Of a DNA stretch of 64,000 nt, positions 26,336 to 40,600 are shown in pieces. Within the stretch, counting starts at the first letter, position 1. Each line of letters opens with the position of its first letter. The stretch is from contig CAIIXF020000001.1 in the NCBI GenBank assembly GCA_903813345.2, forward strand, positions 24,366,001-24,430,000, written 5' to 3'. The notes below the pieces were generated by a model that saw only the letters and a program-made list of their open reading frames with translations, was not told the origin of the DNA and searched no databases. Source of the stretch: Owenia fusiformis (Eukaryota). A program made the position numbers and the translations under genes.

Positions 26336-29300
26336 AAGGCCATCAGCTTCACCCCAAAATTTAGGTTATCGGTATCAAATCAGGGGAATAATCGCCATAG
26401 TGATTTTTGGGAAGGTTAAGACCTCTAGAGTAAGAAACTATGTGATAGCATTGCCACAGTTGTAGCTAAATGGGTGTTATCACCCGTTTTTCAAAATGGC
26501 CGCCGGTGCACTGAGATGCAGAAACACTGAGATGCAGAAACTGTGATTTTAGGGCCTATTTTGAGGTTTTAGGGGTCAAGGATTTCATTTATGCCAAAAT
26601 CTAAGTCATCAAGCAATTACTTCTTGTAGAAATCCAAGATGGCCACCAATATGGGTGCCAAAACGAATACCGGTATGTAACCATCGATTTAAGCTCAAAG
26701 AACAGTTAAGAACAGTGATTTTGGAGATCATGTCACAGTTCTCGAGTCCAGTGGAGACGATAACCCCATTTAACGTGTAACACGGAGATTGCCATTTTGC
26801 ACGTCAATTGACGTGAATCACGCCAATAAGCATAATGTCCATTGTAATTCATAATTTAAACACCAGGTTAATTAAAAGACCTAGTGTTTAATATATATAC
26901 AATCTAAGTAATATATCTTTTATAGTACATATACTTTGGTAAACATTAATGATATATTAAATCCCAGGGAAGTATTTCATTCCAAAATTGTGGAGAAAAA
27001 TGCCGTTCAATCTTGTGAATTTTCTGTCAATGTTACGAACCAATGAAGTCACCAACGAACTTGCATTCTTGGAAAGTCTAAATCGATCGATGGAACGCTT
27101 TTTATTGCATTTTCTTCAAGTAATTAATCTAATCTAGCACTTGTATGCAGGAATTCGCGATCCTATGTGGGAATTTTGCGCTAGAACTAATCAAAGTTAC
27201 CTCTCACGAATCCTAGAAAAACGCCATATTGGAATTACTAATACTCCTTCAATTGTCTAGATATCGTCTTTCCGACGGGTTTTATGACAATATTGGTACT
27301 GACCCAATGTTATTTTAATCTCTTAACACAACGTGAGCCCCAATTCCGAGAAAAGACCACTGGAAATCACTAAAATGGGGTCTACTTTCCCTCTTCTTAT
27401 TGACCGGAAGTGTTTTCCTGACCTCGGTGTGTTGCCGATTTTTTCGTTTTTTTCTGGCTGGATTTAGTTTTAAACCTTCTTTACAATGATCTAATGATTA
27501 TCTTAAATGAATTTTGAACAATTTAAATTCCTATCCTCATTAGATCAGAATGTATTAGTTTTCTTTCGATCATTTGTTTACTTCCGGTTTGCTGTTGAAT
27601 AAATATTTCGAGTAAACATTGACGTAAGCACATGATAATAGTTGTTAGTTCAAAATGCAACCCGGACAATAGCAAATGTTTATGATTATAACTATTACAT
27701 ACGATGCAGATCATGATTTACCCACTAGTTTCCCAGTTTATAACTGCCTGTTGTCCTGCCGATAATATGTGAAACTTTTACAAGATAATAGTTTGCACGT
27801 CAATTGCCGTGCAAAATATTGCACGTCACTTGACGGACATGACGGCAATTGCCGTTATTATCTATTGACATGCGCACTTATGCGTCATAATTTCACGTCA
27901 ATTGTCGTGCAACATGGCAATTGCCGTACTTCACGTTAAATGGGGTTATCGTCTCCACTGGAGTCAAGGATCTCATTTATGTCTAAATCAGAGTCATCAA
28001 GTAATAAACTTTTCATAGAAATACAAGATGGCCACCAAAATGGATGCCAGAATGATTGCCAGTATGTTACCATTGATTTAAGCTCGAATGAGAGTTAAGA
28101 ACAGTGATTTTTTTGGAGATCATGCCACAGTTCTAGAGTCAAGGATTTCATTTATGTCTAAATTGGAGTCATCAAATAATAACCTTTTCATAGAAATACA
28201 AGATGGCCGCCAAAATGGGTGCCAAAATGAATATGTAACTATTGATTTAAGCTCAAAGAACAGTGATTTTGGAGATCATGTCTTGGTTTTAAGGGTCAAA
28301 GATTCCATTTATGTCTAAATCTAAGTCATCAAACAATTACTTTTATAGAAATCCAAGATGGCCACCAAAATGGATGCCAAAATGAATATGTAACTATTGA
28401 TTGAAGCTAAAAGAACAGTTAAGAACAGTAATTTTGGAGACTCTGTCTATTTTGTAGGGGCCAAGGATTTTATTTATGTCTAAATCTAAGTAATCAAATA
28501 ATAACTACTTCTTATAGAAATCCAAGATGGCCACCAAAATGGGTGCTGAAATGAATATGTAACTATTGATCTAAGCTCAAAGAACAGTTAAGGACAGTGA
28601 TTTTGGAGACCATGTCCAGGTTTAAGAGGCCAAGAATAACTATTTTGTCTATAATTAAGTCATAAAACAATTCCTTTATTTTGATATCCAAGATGACCGA
28701 CCACCAAAATGGCTCCAGAGTCACGATTTTGAGGACTGACTAAAATGTTTATCTTCATCAAACTCTTTCTGGTTTATCATACACTTGTCTTTGAGGAATT
28801 TCTTGTGCTTGATCTTCTCCATCCAATAATCTACTTCTTCCCATGGGCAGTCTACTTCTTTCTATAGCCAATGTTTATGATACTGAGCCACCACAAAACT
28901 AAGGGAAAGGAAGGCAAATTACAGTAATATTGCTAATGCGATGATCATAAGATTTTATTTCGCAAATCTTCATGTAATTGTTTGTTCTTATTTGACCTTT
29001 TATAATATAAACACTTTGGCATCCATCTTGAATTCTGATATTAATCACAGATTGTTTGGTGATCTATGTGGTTAAATGGATATGAATTCATTTTGGAGGC
29101 CATCTTGGATATCCATATAAATAAAATATTTGTTGATTTTATTAAAGACAAAATTAAAATCATTGACCCCACAAACTTAAAATATCAAAAATTAATGTTC
29201 TAACTCCTCTATATGTTTGGATAATAAATCTTATTTTCACTTCGGCAGCAATGATGGAAGCCATCTTGGATCCAAATAAAGGAATTAGTTATAGTTTTAG

Positions 29301-30561
29301 ACATAACTGAAATTCTTGACACCAAAAATCTTGACATGGTCTCAAATTACTGTTATAAACTGTTCTTTGAGCTTAAATCAATATTTACTTGTTATTGGCA
29401 CCGTTTTTTGTGACCATCTTGGATTTCTATGAAAAGCAATTATTCGATGACTCAGATTTAGACATAAATGAAACCCTTGACCCCTAAAACCTAGACATTG
29501 TCTCCAAAATCACTGTTCTTAACTGTTCTTTGAGCTTAAATCAATAGTTAAATATTCATTTAGGCACCCATTTTGATGGCCATCTTGGATTTCTATATAA
29601 AGTAATTGTTTGATGACTTAGATTTAGACATAAATGAAATCCTTGATCCTTTAAACCAAGACATTGTCGCCAAAATAACTGTTCTCAACTGTTCTCTGAG
29701 CTTAAATCAATCAGTTACATATTCATTTTGGCACCCATTTTGGTGGCCATCTTGGATTTCTATTAAAGTAATTGTTTGATGACTCAGATTTAGACATAAA
29801 TGAAATCCTTGACCCCTAAAATGCAGACATGTGCTCCAAAATCACTGTTCTTAACTATTCTTTGAGCTTAAATCAATAGTTGAATATTCATTTTGGCACC
29901 CATTTTGGTGGCCATCTTGGAATTTTTATTTAAAGTAATTGTTTAATGACTTAGATTTAGACATAAGTCAAATCCTTGACCCTTAAAACCTAGATATGGT
30001 CTCCAAAATCACTGTTTTTAACTGTTCTTTGAGCTCAAATCAATAGTTACATATTTGATTTGGCATCCATTTTGGTGGCCATCTTGGATTTCTATGAAAA
30101 GTAATTATTTGATGACTCAGATTTAGACATAAATCAAATCCTTGACCCCTAAAACGTAGACATGGGCTCCAAAATCACTGTTCTTAAGTGATTCTTGAGC
30201 ATTAACAGTAGTTACATATCCGTTTTTGCACCCATTTTGGCGGCCATCTTGGATTTCTATGAGAAACAATTGTTTGATGACTTAGATTTAGACATAAATG
30301 AAATCCTTGACCCCTAAAACCTAGACATAGGTCCTAAAATCACAGTTTTTGCATCTCAATGTGCTTAGATATACACACTCTTGTATTGTGACACGTACAC
30401 TGACGGCCATTTTGAAAAATGGGCGATAACACCCATTTAGCTACAACTGTTACAATGCTATCACATATTTTCTTACTCTAGAGGTCTTAACCTTCCCAAA
30501 AATCACTATGGCGATTATTCCCCTAATTTGATACCGACCAATCCCCCAGGCTGATGGCCTA
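26336..30561. mobile_element. Academ-like foldback element carrying ~166-bp tandem arrays in opposite orientations
   Basis: Ends (a/t)aggccatcagc / gctgatggccta, ~200-bp TIR, 3-bp TSD AAT. ccatcttgg units at 29414, 29580, 29747, 29912, 30079, 30244, with mirror units at 26636 and 28025-28690. Confidence 0.8.
26749..27960. mobile_element. MITE with 5-bp TSD nested in the satellite arm
   Basis: TIR cagtggagacgataaccccatttaacgtg / cacgttaaatggggttatcgtctccactg; TSD GAGTC (26744-26748, 27961-27965). Confidence 0.9.
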
Positions 30562-31548
30562 AATAAAGTAAATGCAAGTAAAAAAGTCGATTGAGACAAT
30601 TGAGAAATCATATGAAATGAACATGAAAAATGTGTACTTGTTATTGTGTTAATAGACTAGATGTGAGTAGAAATAATCTTGATTCACGTCATTAAAAATT
30701 CTGTCAAAGTGATATCATATTTGAAATCTACATGTAAAATTACATCTAGAAATGTGGTTTTAAAAATTTGAAAACTTAATTTTTTTGAAAATGTGTGTAG
30801 GTCGTGGAGATTCCCCATAGACCCCATGTTATGAAATCACAAACAGTGAAGGTCAACGCATGGAAACTAGCTAACTACATGTAACTAAAGTGAGCGATGT
30901 CATTAGTGTTCTGATAATAACGTCCCTTATACCTATTTATTACATGTCGTGTAGACCATTGATGCCTGATTTATAGCAAAACATTTGACTTTTGCATGTC
31001 GGTGATAATGCACCTTTTTTAATAGATCTCATATCTTAGAAGCTTATCAGTTAAAAAAAATACTAGAAGACCTAACATATTTTGCCATGCACTGCGCCTA
31101 TTCATTAAATTGGCAATTCAGTTGTAAAGTTTCTCTTGAAAAAAATAAATCTTTCAAATTTGTTGAGTTTTCTTGCAGAAATCATGTACTCCCCCTCCAT
31201 CCATTTTGTACGGATCTTCATCTTTCATTCCATAAGAAGAAAATATAAATTGATAACTGAAATATTGACAGAGTGGGAGCTGTTACAATGACCACTACTT
31301 TTAGCAATTTTCAAAATGTTTCATCCAGTGTATTTAATGAGGGGCCCACCTTAAAGGCATAATCAGATCTATAGGGGGTTACGAAATTACAAGCAACTTG
31401 TATAATTGACCTACCAATCTATTTATTATTACAATATCAAATACAATATCCCCCTTAAGATTCACAATTTTTTATAAATTGGTGAAGTTATCAATGATTC
31501 AAAGTGGTAAAATGGGTGAAAAACTTATTTTACCCAAGTAAGAGTTAA

Positions 31549-32042
31549 AGTCTCCGATAAATCTGACTAAGTATACCGCCGTGTTTACATAAGGGGATTA
31601 GAAGAGTTTATTTTTATTTAGGTATGCAAGCAATATCAATATTAGGCCTTCATGCATGCACTCGTGTGTACAATCAGCATGCCTTTCAATATTATATAAA
31701 CCAGGCTATTCAAGTACAACATAATGTACACTATTTATGTGTGTACTACATGGTTATACGATTCCCTGGGAAACAAAACACAAATACTTTTTATATGTTC
31801 AAAATGAGCCATTTGATTGATGCATACACTTAATAGCTCATAAATAACATCTACAAAGTATATATAATAGTAATTTTCAATTTCAATGGTGAAACTTGCC
31901 TGTTTACGATTATACAGGAAATCAACATGGGATGAAGAGTGTTCACCTTCCTGACTTACCTCTGAAGCCTGTACCTTGTAATCTCTTTATATAGGTTAGC
32001 GAGAGCGCTGCGCCTGCGCAGTTTTAAACTTTGGTGCACACT
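31549..32042 (+). repeat. TTAA-bounded dispersed repeat (second copy 47204-47659)
   Basis: ~450-bp high-similarity copies; both begin ttaa|ag and end cacact|ttaa. Confidence 0.8.
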
Positions 32043-34309
32043 TTAATTTTGTATATAAATTGAAATAATTGGGAAATCCGCTAACAGTTTGGGGGTTTCT
32101 CCAAGGCTAACGTTGTTAAAGGATTGACGTCATGTCTAATAGACACATAACTCCCCCCTGTTCAATTTTTATAATTTTAGATTATTTTTTATATAACGTA
32201 TGGTAACCAACGATAACAATAGTTTTGTACCCTGTTACTTGATTTATAGCAAAAACATTGGTGTATGCATGTTGGCGACGCTGCGCCTTTTTTAATAGAT
32301 TCATACGTCTAAATCCATATAATAATATATACCAACACTCTTAACGATAAAAAATCAATTTGATTTAGGTGTTCGGAATTACCCCCATGCTAGTGTTTCG
32401 GAATTACCCCCACAAACCCTATGCCTCTAAATAAATAGATGTCACTTATAAATCAATTACACAGTGAAACCAGTGTCTAATCAGAACGCCCATGGGACCA
32501 GCCAAAAGTGTTCAAATTGCCAGGTGTTCAAATTTCGAGGTTTTTGTTGGTTGGGGGGGGGGGATTTTCATTGTTCAGTTCCCTATATTGAACACTTAAT
32601 ACGAAGTCAAGAAACAATACATGTTGTTGATGAGTTTATTCTACAGTAGGCCTATAGCCTATATGCTATGTTTTATTTACTTTTTAACAATTTCATTATT
32701 TAAGTAAAATAACTCTTATATTTTGGCAAAAACTTTGTAATACACTGTATAAGTATATGATAGTCTCGTTCTAAATCTTATGTTAATCAAAATGACTAAT
32801 CCAATATTATGGTTATATAGCACTGCTTTACTTTTCCTTGAAAAAGTCCTTCATTTTTGTTTGTTTCTTGGCAGTTTTAGCATTAGCAATATTTGAGTAG
32901 ACGAGTGTTCATTCGAGATGATGTATAATCTTTCAAAACATTGAGGGCATTCAGGATGTCAGATGTATGCCTTTTTAGGAACTTGTGTAAGAATTTGATT
33001 TTGTGTATTTTTATTTTTTTTATTTTGTGTATGACTATAGCTGACCCTTATAGTTTCTAGATCCATCCCTCTATGATGATGTTTATGGATTTATAGTGTG
33101 GAACTAACATGTAAAACATACGATAATTTAGATGGGGTTTAAGAAAGTGTGTTTGAAGGTACGGTTTTTGTGAAGCGATAAAATTAAATTTTCCATATTT
33201 AACCATTACATTTTGCTTAAAATTAATAACTTTCCCATTACTCTACAAGCAAACTTGAATCTGGCTAAGTAACATAATGATGCAAAGTCTTAGTTTTCAG
33301 AAGAAATCGGAGTCTAATAAATATGATGATTTGATTGAATGATTGAATCAGGATAAAACAACAATGCAATTTCAAAATACATTGTGTACTGTATCCTGTT
33401 CCATGCCTGAGTGAAATAATGATAATTCAGGAAAGAATAATGTTACTGTAATTGTTGTCAGATTATAGGGTCAAAAGGTAGTTGTACATCACTCTTATTG
33501 CTCCTGTAAGCTATTAACTTAGTTCTGAATTGCATTTGAAAGTCAAATTACCCTTTGATTTCATGACGAATTATTGAATGGACTTTGATGTTTATAATTA
33601 ATTGATTGGATTATTATCCACTAAAAGCTTCTCTGAATAAACATCTGTATACTAGTAGCAGTGGGAGGATAAAGAACATGGCAATACAAAGATGTGTGCC
33701 TCTAGTAGTAAGTTCATGTAGTCAATCACAGACGTTCACTAAAATAAATTACATACTAGGCTTAGTACTTTTTTAGTGAGCGGATGCTAGTTTTTAGGCG
33801 AATATAATATCTCAAGTTTTTTTTTTTCTATACTCATACTTCTGACCAAGTGTTGTTTCGTGTCATGCTGCTGTACATCTTCAAATTCGATCCGAAATTC
33901 TGGCATTCTGGTGGTTTTGAAAAACCATTTGCAATACTGGGTTAGTCCTTTGTCTCATGCTGACTCTAAGCTCTGTAGTTGCACATAGTGTTCTTCAGTC
34001 AACCGTTCGTTTATACTCTTTTGCAACCTTGCCTCATTATTTGTAAATGGTAAAACAACTTTCGTTGCAAGTACCATTATAATAAGACCATGTTACGTTT
34101 TCTTCTACGCATTATTCTTAGTTAAAGGATTAACCTGTCATTGAAGAGGTAGCAGAGGATTATATGACCAAAGAACTGTACATTTTTGCATCTAATGTTT
34201 ATGTTTCTCTTGTTTGTAGTTAAAACTAACCATATTTGAGGAATAATCAAGAATATGCCATTCCCTTTGTTCGTTGATTCACATGTCCGTTTGAGTGATA
34301 ATCCATATG

Positions 34310-34645
34310 CAGGGTGTCTCAAAAATTGTACACAAGTTACACAGGAATGATTATTTTCCCTCATCGAAATAGATGAACTTTACACATGATGAAACAAATT
34401 CATTTTTCAATTAGCATTTAAATCTATGAGCAATCTGTACATTTTTCGGAAAATTTTAACATTATGGATGACATGATCTAATTTGGAGCTGAATGCAAGT
34501 CCAAACCTAGAAAATTGGTATTTCTCTAAAACTAAATAGAGTTTTTTAACTTTCGGATGTTGGTTTATGATAATTCAACTCTTTCAGATGACTCAAATAG
34601 TTATTTTACTTTTTGTTTCGGTACAGTTTATTTTAATACACCTTG
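34310..34645. mobile_element. Degenerate Tc1-like MITE
   Basis: cagggtgtctcaaaaattgtac ... gtacagtttattttaatacaccttg|ta. Confidence 0.4.
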
Positions 34646-35493
34646 TAACATTTTTCAGTTGCAATGGATTTTCATGATCCTACCTAAGGGATATATTGCA
34701 AGGACTATTCACTAATCAATTTACAATATCATCTCAATGTGATACCTTCCAAAATGTAAATGCTAGGCTACTCTAGCAATTTGTTAATTGCATCGCTTAC
34801 CATACTTATAAGAGGTTATTCAATTGAAATAAGATATAAAACGTGAAATTTTATGATGAGGAAAAATCTTGGAATTATTTGACAATTTCTAAAAAAATAT
34901 ATCACTTGATAGTTAACATTGGCAATGTGGGATCTGATTGCTATGACATGTAAAGCTTTCATACCGGGCTTTCACATAAAAGGTCCAAATTAATTAGCTA
35001 AATTACTCTCATAGGTGCTCTTTGCAAGACCTCACTTCCATAATTATTTGATCTAACCTTTATCCGATTATCAAGATGCCAGCAGGTAGTTACCAATATC
35101 AACACCAGGTGGCTAATACGGGTCAGATAAAATGACAGCGACAATGGCTGAAAAGTTCCCATAAACTTGAATTTCAACAAATTTAATGGACCAATTAGCA
35201 TTTAACCTTTTGAGTTTGATAAAAATATTGTCCAATAAAAAGTATTCGTCCAATATAAGAAAGATATTTCATGTTTCATGATTTTATAACATGGCCTCTA
35301 AGGGGATACAGTACCTTTTGCATTTGTTTGATTACACTTCGCTTCTCAAAATGAATGTTGGCTAAAGTGTCAGAAAATGAACAAAAAAACGGATATAATT
35401 TTTGTCAATTTTTGGAACAAAATTATTTCATACAACTACTCTTTACAGTGAAATGGATTTTTACAATGCTGGACACCTGAAATTATTAATGAA

Positions 35494-37622
35494 CCCTTAA
35501 GAAAAAAGCCATGGTAACCATGGTATTCCATGGTGCGCCCATGGTAATCCATGGTTTTCCATGGAAATTCATGGTTTTCCATGTTATTTTCCATGGAAAT
35601 TCATGGACGCCCATGGTAATCTTCCATGGATATTTACCATGATTTTCCGTGGTAATTGTTGGTTTGGTAATTGATTTTAATGGATGTGTCATGGAGATGT
35701 AAAATCAACAATTTTGGTAGGATTTGTATTTACCAAAATCTCCAAAATGAATGTTTTGATGATATATCCCAGTTAGACTGAGACTTATCATTGAGAAAAA
35801 AGGGTGGACATTTCATTTTGAAGGTATAGCAAGAACATTCATCGCATGTTAGACTCAGCTTACAAATGAGAAAATATGTGAAACAGCAGAGCAGAGAGTA
35901 GGCCACAAGATTTCAAAAACAATTGTGCAAAGGTCTTTTGTGTAGATCAAGACTAGATAGAGATTGCTTATTTTTTAAGCCAAACACTTCTTTCCTTTGA
36001 AAAAGATTAAGTCAAACTAGCCCAAGCTCTGTTTTATTTCAATACTTTCTTTAATTTTCAGTTTTAAAAATCAATATGAAGTAATTTAAGAAATAAATAA
36101 CTTATTTTCTTAAATTACATTTCGTACATTTGAGAATACAATCAAAAACCATGGTTTCTTTCATTGAAGTTGAGAAAACTGCAATCAAAATCCATGGAAG
36201 ACGGTTGATTGCAATCGAAAGCCATGCTTTTCCATGGTTATTTCTTTGATGTTTTGGAAAGTGCAATCAAAAGCCATGGTTTTCCATGATTATTCTTTTG
36301 ATCTTTTGAAAGTCCATGGTTTTCCATGGGCTATTTGTTTGGTCTTTTGGAAGCAGAAAAATGAATAATACATTATGTTTCTAAATGAACTTCTACAAAT
36401 TAAGTCCCATTCAACTTTTATAAGCATTTTATCTGAAAAAATCCACAGAAAAGTATATACTTTTACAGAATTTTGACTTGAAATTGAGATGGGGGATTAA
36501 ACACAAGCCTATGGCTGCAAACTGAAATGTTATACCTAAGTGATAAAAATTCAATTTGTCTATGTAAGAATATTATATTTAAAAAGAAGTTGCATGAAGG
36601 AAGGGGAGGGGGTTAACAACACCATTTGGCTTAAAACATGAAACATAGTATAAGTAATTAAAATTGATTTGTCTTTGAATAGGAATAAATAATCATTTGC
36701 ATAATTTTTAAATATTTGGTTGCCATTATTCTATGTTAATTAGGTGTCTTAACTCTCAAATTAATGTCAAAAGATTAATCACTTTACAACAGATTATAAG
36801 AGTTCATTTGCATAATTCTTAAATATTCTGATCTTAATTGTTATTATATATGATAATCTTACTCTTTCTAATGCTCCCTCTTCAGTAATTATTATTGTCT
36901 GTGAGTGTAGACAGTGCAAGTCAAAAACTCATTGTTGATCAAATAAAACCAAATAGGATTTACTCCAAGTAAAAATGTTTATTCAGTCTGCAATAAGGGA
37001 ATCCAGTGAGCTGATTTTATCACGTATTTTGTCTTTTTTACATAAGTGCCAAAGTTAAATGATAGCAAATCCCAGCAAACAAATTATTACTTTTAATTGT
37101 GGGGTCAATCATCAATTAAAAAAATATTAAGTAAACAGTTCTTTGTCATATGACACTATGTACAGAATGTACTAAACATATATTCAGATTGTAAAAACAT
37201 GGTTGTATTTCAGGCCTGAAACCAGCTTTTGTCAAGAAGGTTGACTTTCTCAAAGATTTTGGGGTGGGGGGGTGTCATATTCTTTTATCTATGATTAATG
37301 AGACTAATTCTCAATCCAGCTTGGATTCATTCGTTAAAATATTGATTCAATTTTGAAGATTTTGGTAAAAACAAAACCTGCCAAAATTGTTGATTTTACA
37401 ACTCAAGTGTCATGGTAAAAACATGGCATGTTCATGAAAAAACAATTACCAAACCATCAATTACCACGGAAAATCATGATAAATATCCATGGAAGATTAC
37501 CATGGGTATCCATGAATTTCCATGGAAAATAGCATGAAAAACCATGAATTTCCATGGAAAACCATGGATTACCATGGACGCACCATGGAATACCATGGTT
37601 ACCATGGCTTTTTTCTTAAGGG
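35494..37622. mobile_element. EnSpm/CACTA-like non-autonomous element rich in CCATGG repeats
   Basis: TIR cccttaagaaaaaagccatggtaaccatggtattccatggtgcg with its exact inverse at the other end, inverted similarity for >250 bp, 2-bp TSD AA. Confidence 0.85.
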
Positions 37623-40600
37623 AAGCTAGCAAATGGTCCAAAAGTGATTTTTGCGAAAAAAGGCGGCCATTTTTAAAATAGGCGAGCTTTTGAATCAGGA
37701 GCCATAGGGGGTTTTCTAGATTTATGTTGAACAAAAATAACTTAAAATAGGAATCCCATCAATAGAGGTTTTAAAGCAAATGGTTCAAAAATGAATTTTG
37801 CGAGACAAAAAATAGCGGCTGTTTTGAAAATAGGCGAACTTTTCAAGCAGGATTTGAACTAAAATAACTTAAAACGAGAATCCTATCGACAGATGATTTA
37901 AAAAGAGCAATTTGTAGACAGACAGAGGCTTTAAAACGTGCCACTATTTTGGACTGACTGAGAGACAGATGGATAAATCAATGTTAACTAATATGGCTGA
38001 AAAATAAACGGATATGATTTTTTGCCAATTTGTGTAACAAAATTATTTCATACTACTTCTCTCTACAGTGACATGGCTTTTTACAATGCAGGACACCTGA
38101 AAATATTTGTAAAGCCAGGAAATGGATCAAAAGTGAATTTCGCGAAACAAAAATGGCGACCATTTTGAAAATAGGCGAGCTTTTGAACCAGGAGTCTAGT
38201 AGTTTTTTTCTAGAGGTCATTTTTCACGTAGATTTCAATCATTTCACTTTCATGTTGTCTATTTGAGTCAATGCACTGTCAGTTTTATTTAAATAGTCTT
38301 ACAAGACCATGAAAGCTACCATGCGGTCATAAAAACTTAACAAAATTATAATTGAGCTCTGATGGTACTATTGGTACTCTTGGTGGCCATGCATTTCGAT
38401 GAATCGATAATTGAATAAATTAGGACATATCCAATTCCCATGGCACTATTTTTAGATTTAAGGCATGTCATACCAATAATAACCTATCAGTTGAATTAAT
38501 GCAACCGATGTTATCACCGATGTGTTTTCTGACTGGTGGATTACAGGATGTCTCTTATCTTAAGCCTACTCGCATCTAAAAGGAGTTTATACAAATTATT
38601 GAAAAGCATAATAAATTCAAAATAGAACTACATTTATCCTCCAATATGTAAACAAACTATCGGCTTCAGTAATATTGATCTGTTGATAACCTATTAATCT
38701 AGGAAAACAATTCTAATAGGGATGTGTGAACCCAAATGGCCAAAGGGGAAAAATCATGGCGGGGAATTAAATAGACATTTCAATGATCGATAGTGTTGTT
38801 CTAACGTTAATCGACTAAGATAAAATGGCACAGCTAGGTTTTTAATAACAATTTGTAGCAATTTGATGATATGAAAGCTACAGAACCTTGATGATTATTG
38901 ACATTATGTGTTCACAAACTAATGAGTAACTTCCCTTTGTCACTTGTTGTCAACGTTATAGAAGTAAAGATAAAACTAAAGTGCACAATTATTTGTTATT
39001 TTCCTTTTTGCTTGGGTCTAAGTATTCTAAAATAACTCCCTGTCAATGTGGCTGTATCTTAAAATGTTGGCTCTTTAAAGGTTTTAAATATTTAAAGGCT
39101 TTAAATATTTATTCTTTAAATTGAATCGCCCAAAGCCAATGAAAACTGTACCCCTTAATCGACTACATTCCAGTAATTTACATGTATGAGTGATTCACAA
39201 GTAATGCGAATGTGACGTTTTGATTATTATCTCATCACGCCTCACATTGTAACTTAGTCACACGAAAAACAAGGGTGCTCATAATCAGCATTGACTGGCT
39301 ATTTGCTTACAACGTACGATTTTATTATATTAATAAAATTATAACAATTATAACAAAAATTTCCACTTCTAATTTTGTCTTGACAGCGATGATCAATTAC
39401 TTTTTACTATGAATATTTTTTTGTGAATAAATGAACTGTTGACTCTGACATAGTTTAGAGTCAGCTCGGCGAAAAATCTCTCTATACGTTAATTTTTTCG
39501 TTGCAATGTAATAATTCATTTAAATTGAGATTGCTATCTAACCTGATGTGATTACTACGTCCATGTGGGGATTTTACTTTAATAAAGAGAGGGGAACCCC
39601 CAGGGTTCAGAGGCGTCTATAATGTAATGTGTATTGAGAAGACATCATCGCTAATTGGTCAAATCGACAGACAATTAATGATGTCATTCAACTGTTCAGT
39701 GGTTTCAAAATTTTATAAAACGCTTCGAATAAAATATTTGCTTATATCTGGCATGTTAACCTTAATCATGGGTAATTAAAGAAAGAATTAGCAAAATGTA
39801 ACAAACCATCGTGTGCTTATTTGTGTATAAATTGTGGTAAAACTAGTGCTGATGGGTTGTTAAAGTCTCTTACCTTGCTCACTTGTGTATACTTATTTAT
39901 AAACTGGTGCATTGTTGCTGTAATTTGGGATCTTTTTTGCAACATTTTTCAGTTTTGCTTACTTCCTGTTTATTTTCTGGTCTCACTTGGAGAGCTCTTT
40001 TGTGAGTCAATTTTAGCTATTTTTGTGACAGTGAATGTAGTGGGAAGCAAGAAACATAATGACTGTCTCTAAGCTGTGGTATTTTCTTCCTACTCTTTTT
40101 CCGCTCCTATTAGACACATACGCAGTATGTGTACTTTTAGTGCAGTCAGTTAGCTGTTCAATTGCACATGCTATATATTAAGCACCATTATTTGTCAGAA
40201 GTATCATTAATAAATAATGTTTTTGATATCCAACGAAGTGGTGGTGAAAAGTGACCCCAATTGATAGAGGCAGGCCAAGAAGATTTTGCACATTTACATT
40301 GAGCTCCATGTTAAATTATCAATTTTCAAAAGACCCCCTGCAGAAAAGTTTTAAAGTAATGAAGCCCATATTCCTAGATTCTTACAATAACATGATTATC
40401 TTCTAAATAAGAAGGGTTATTTTTTTCTTTTGCCTAGCCTTGTCCAAGTCGGTATTTTTTTACTTATCTGATCTTGAATTATTACCGCCTTGCACAATCC
40501 AATACATCTCCGCTGATCTGGATATTATGCTGAGATATTCAACGGTTTCGAGATTTCCGTAATACCCACTCTATCAGGGGTATCGCAAAACCTTATTGAT

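Noticed and set aside
31624-31833. Duplicated 69-aa ORF (also 47280-47489) as a gene pair
   Set aside because: Lies within a dispersed repeat and has no recognisable motif.
35486-35692. ORFs in CCATGG repeats (also 37474-37734)
   Set aside because: By-products of repetitive TIR sequence.
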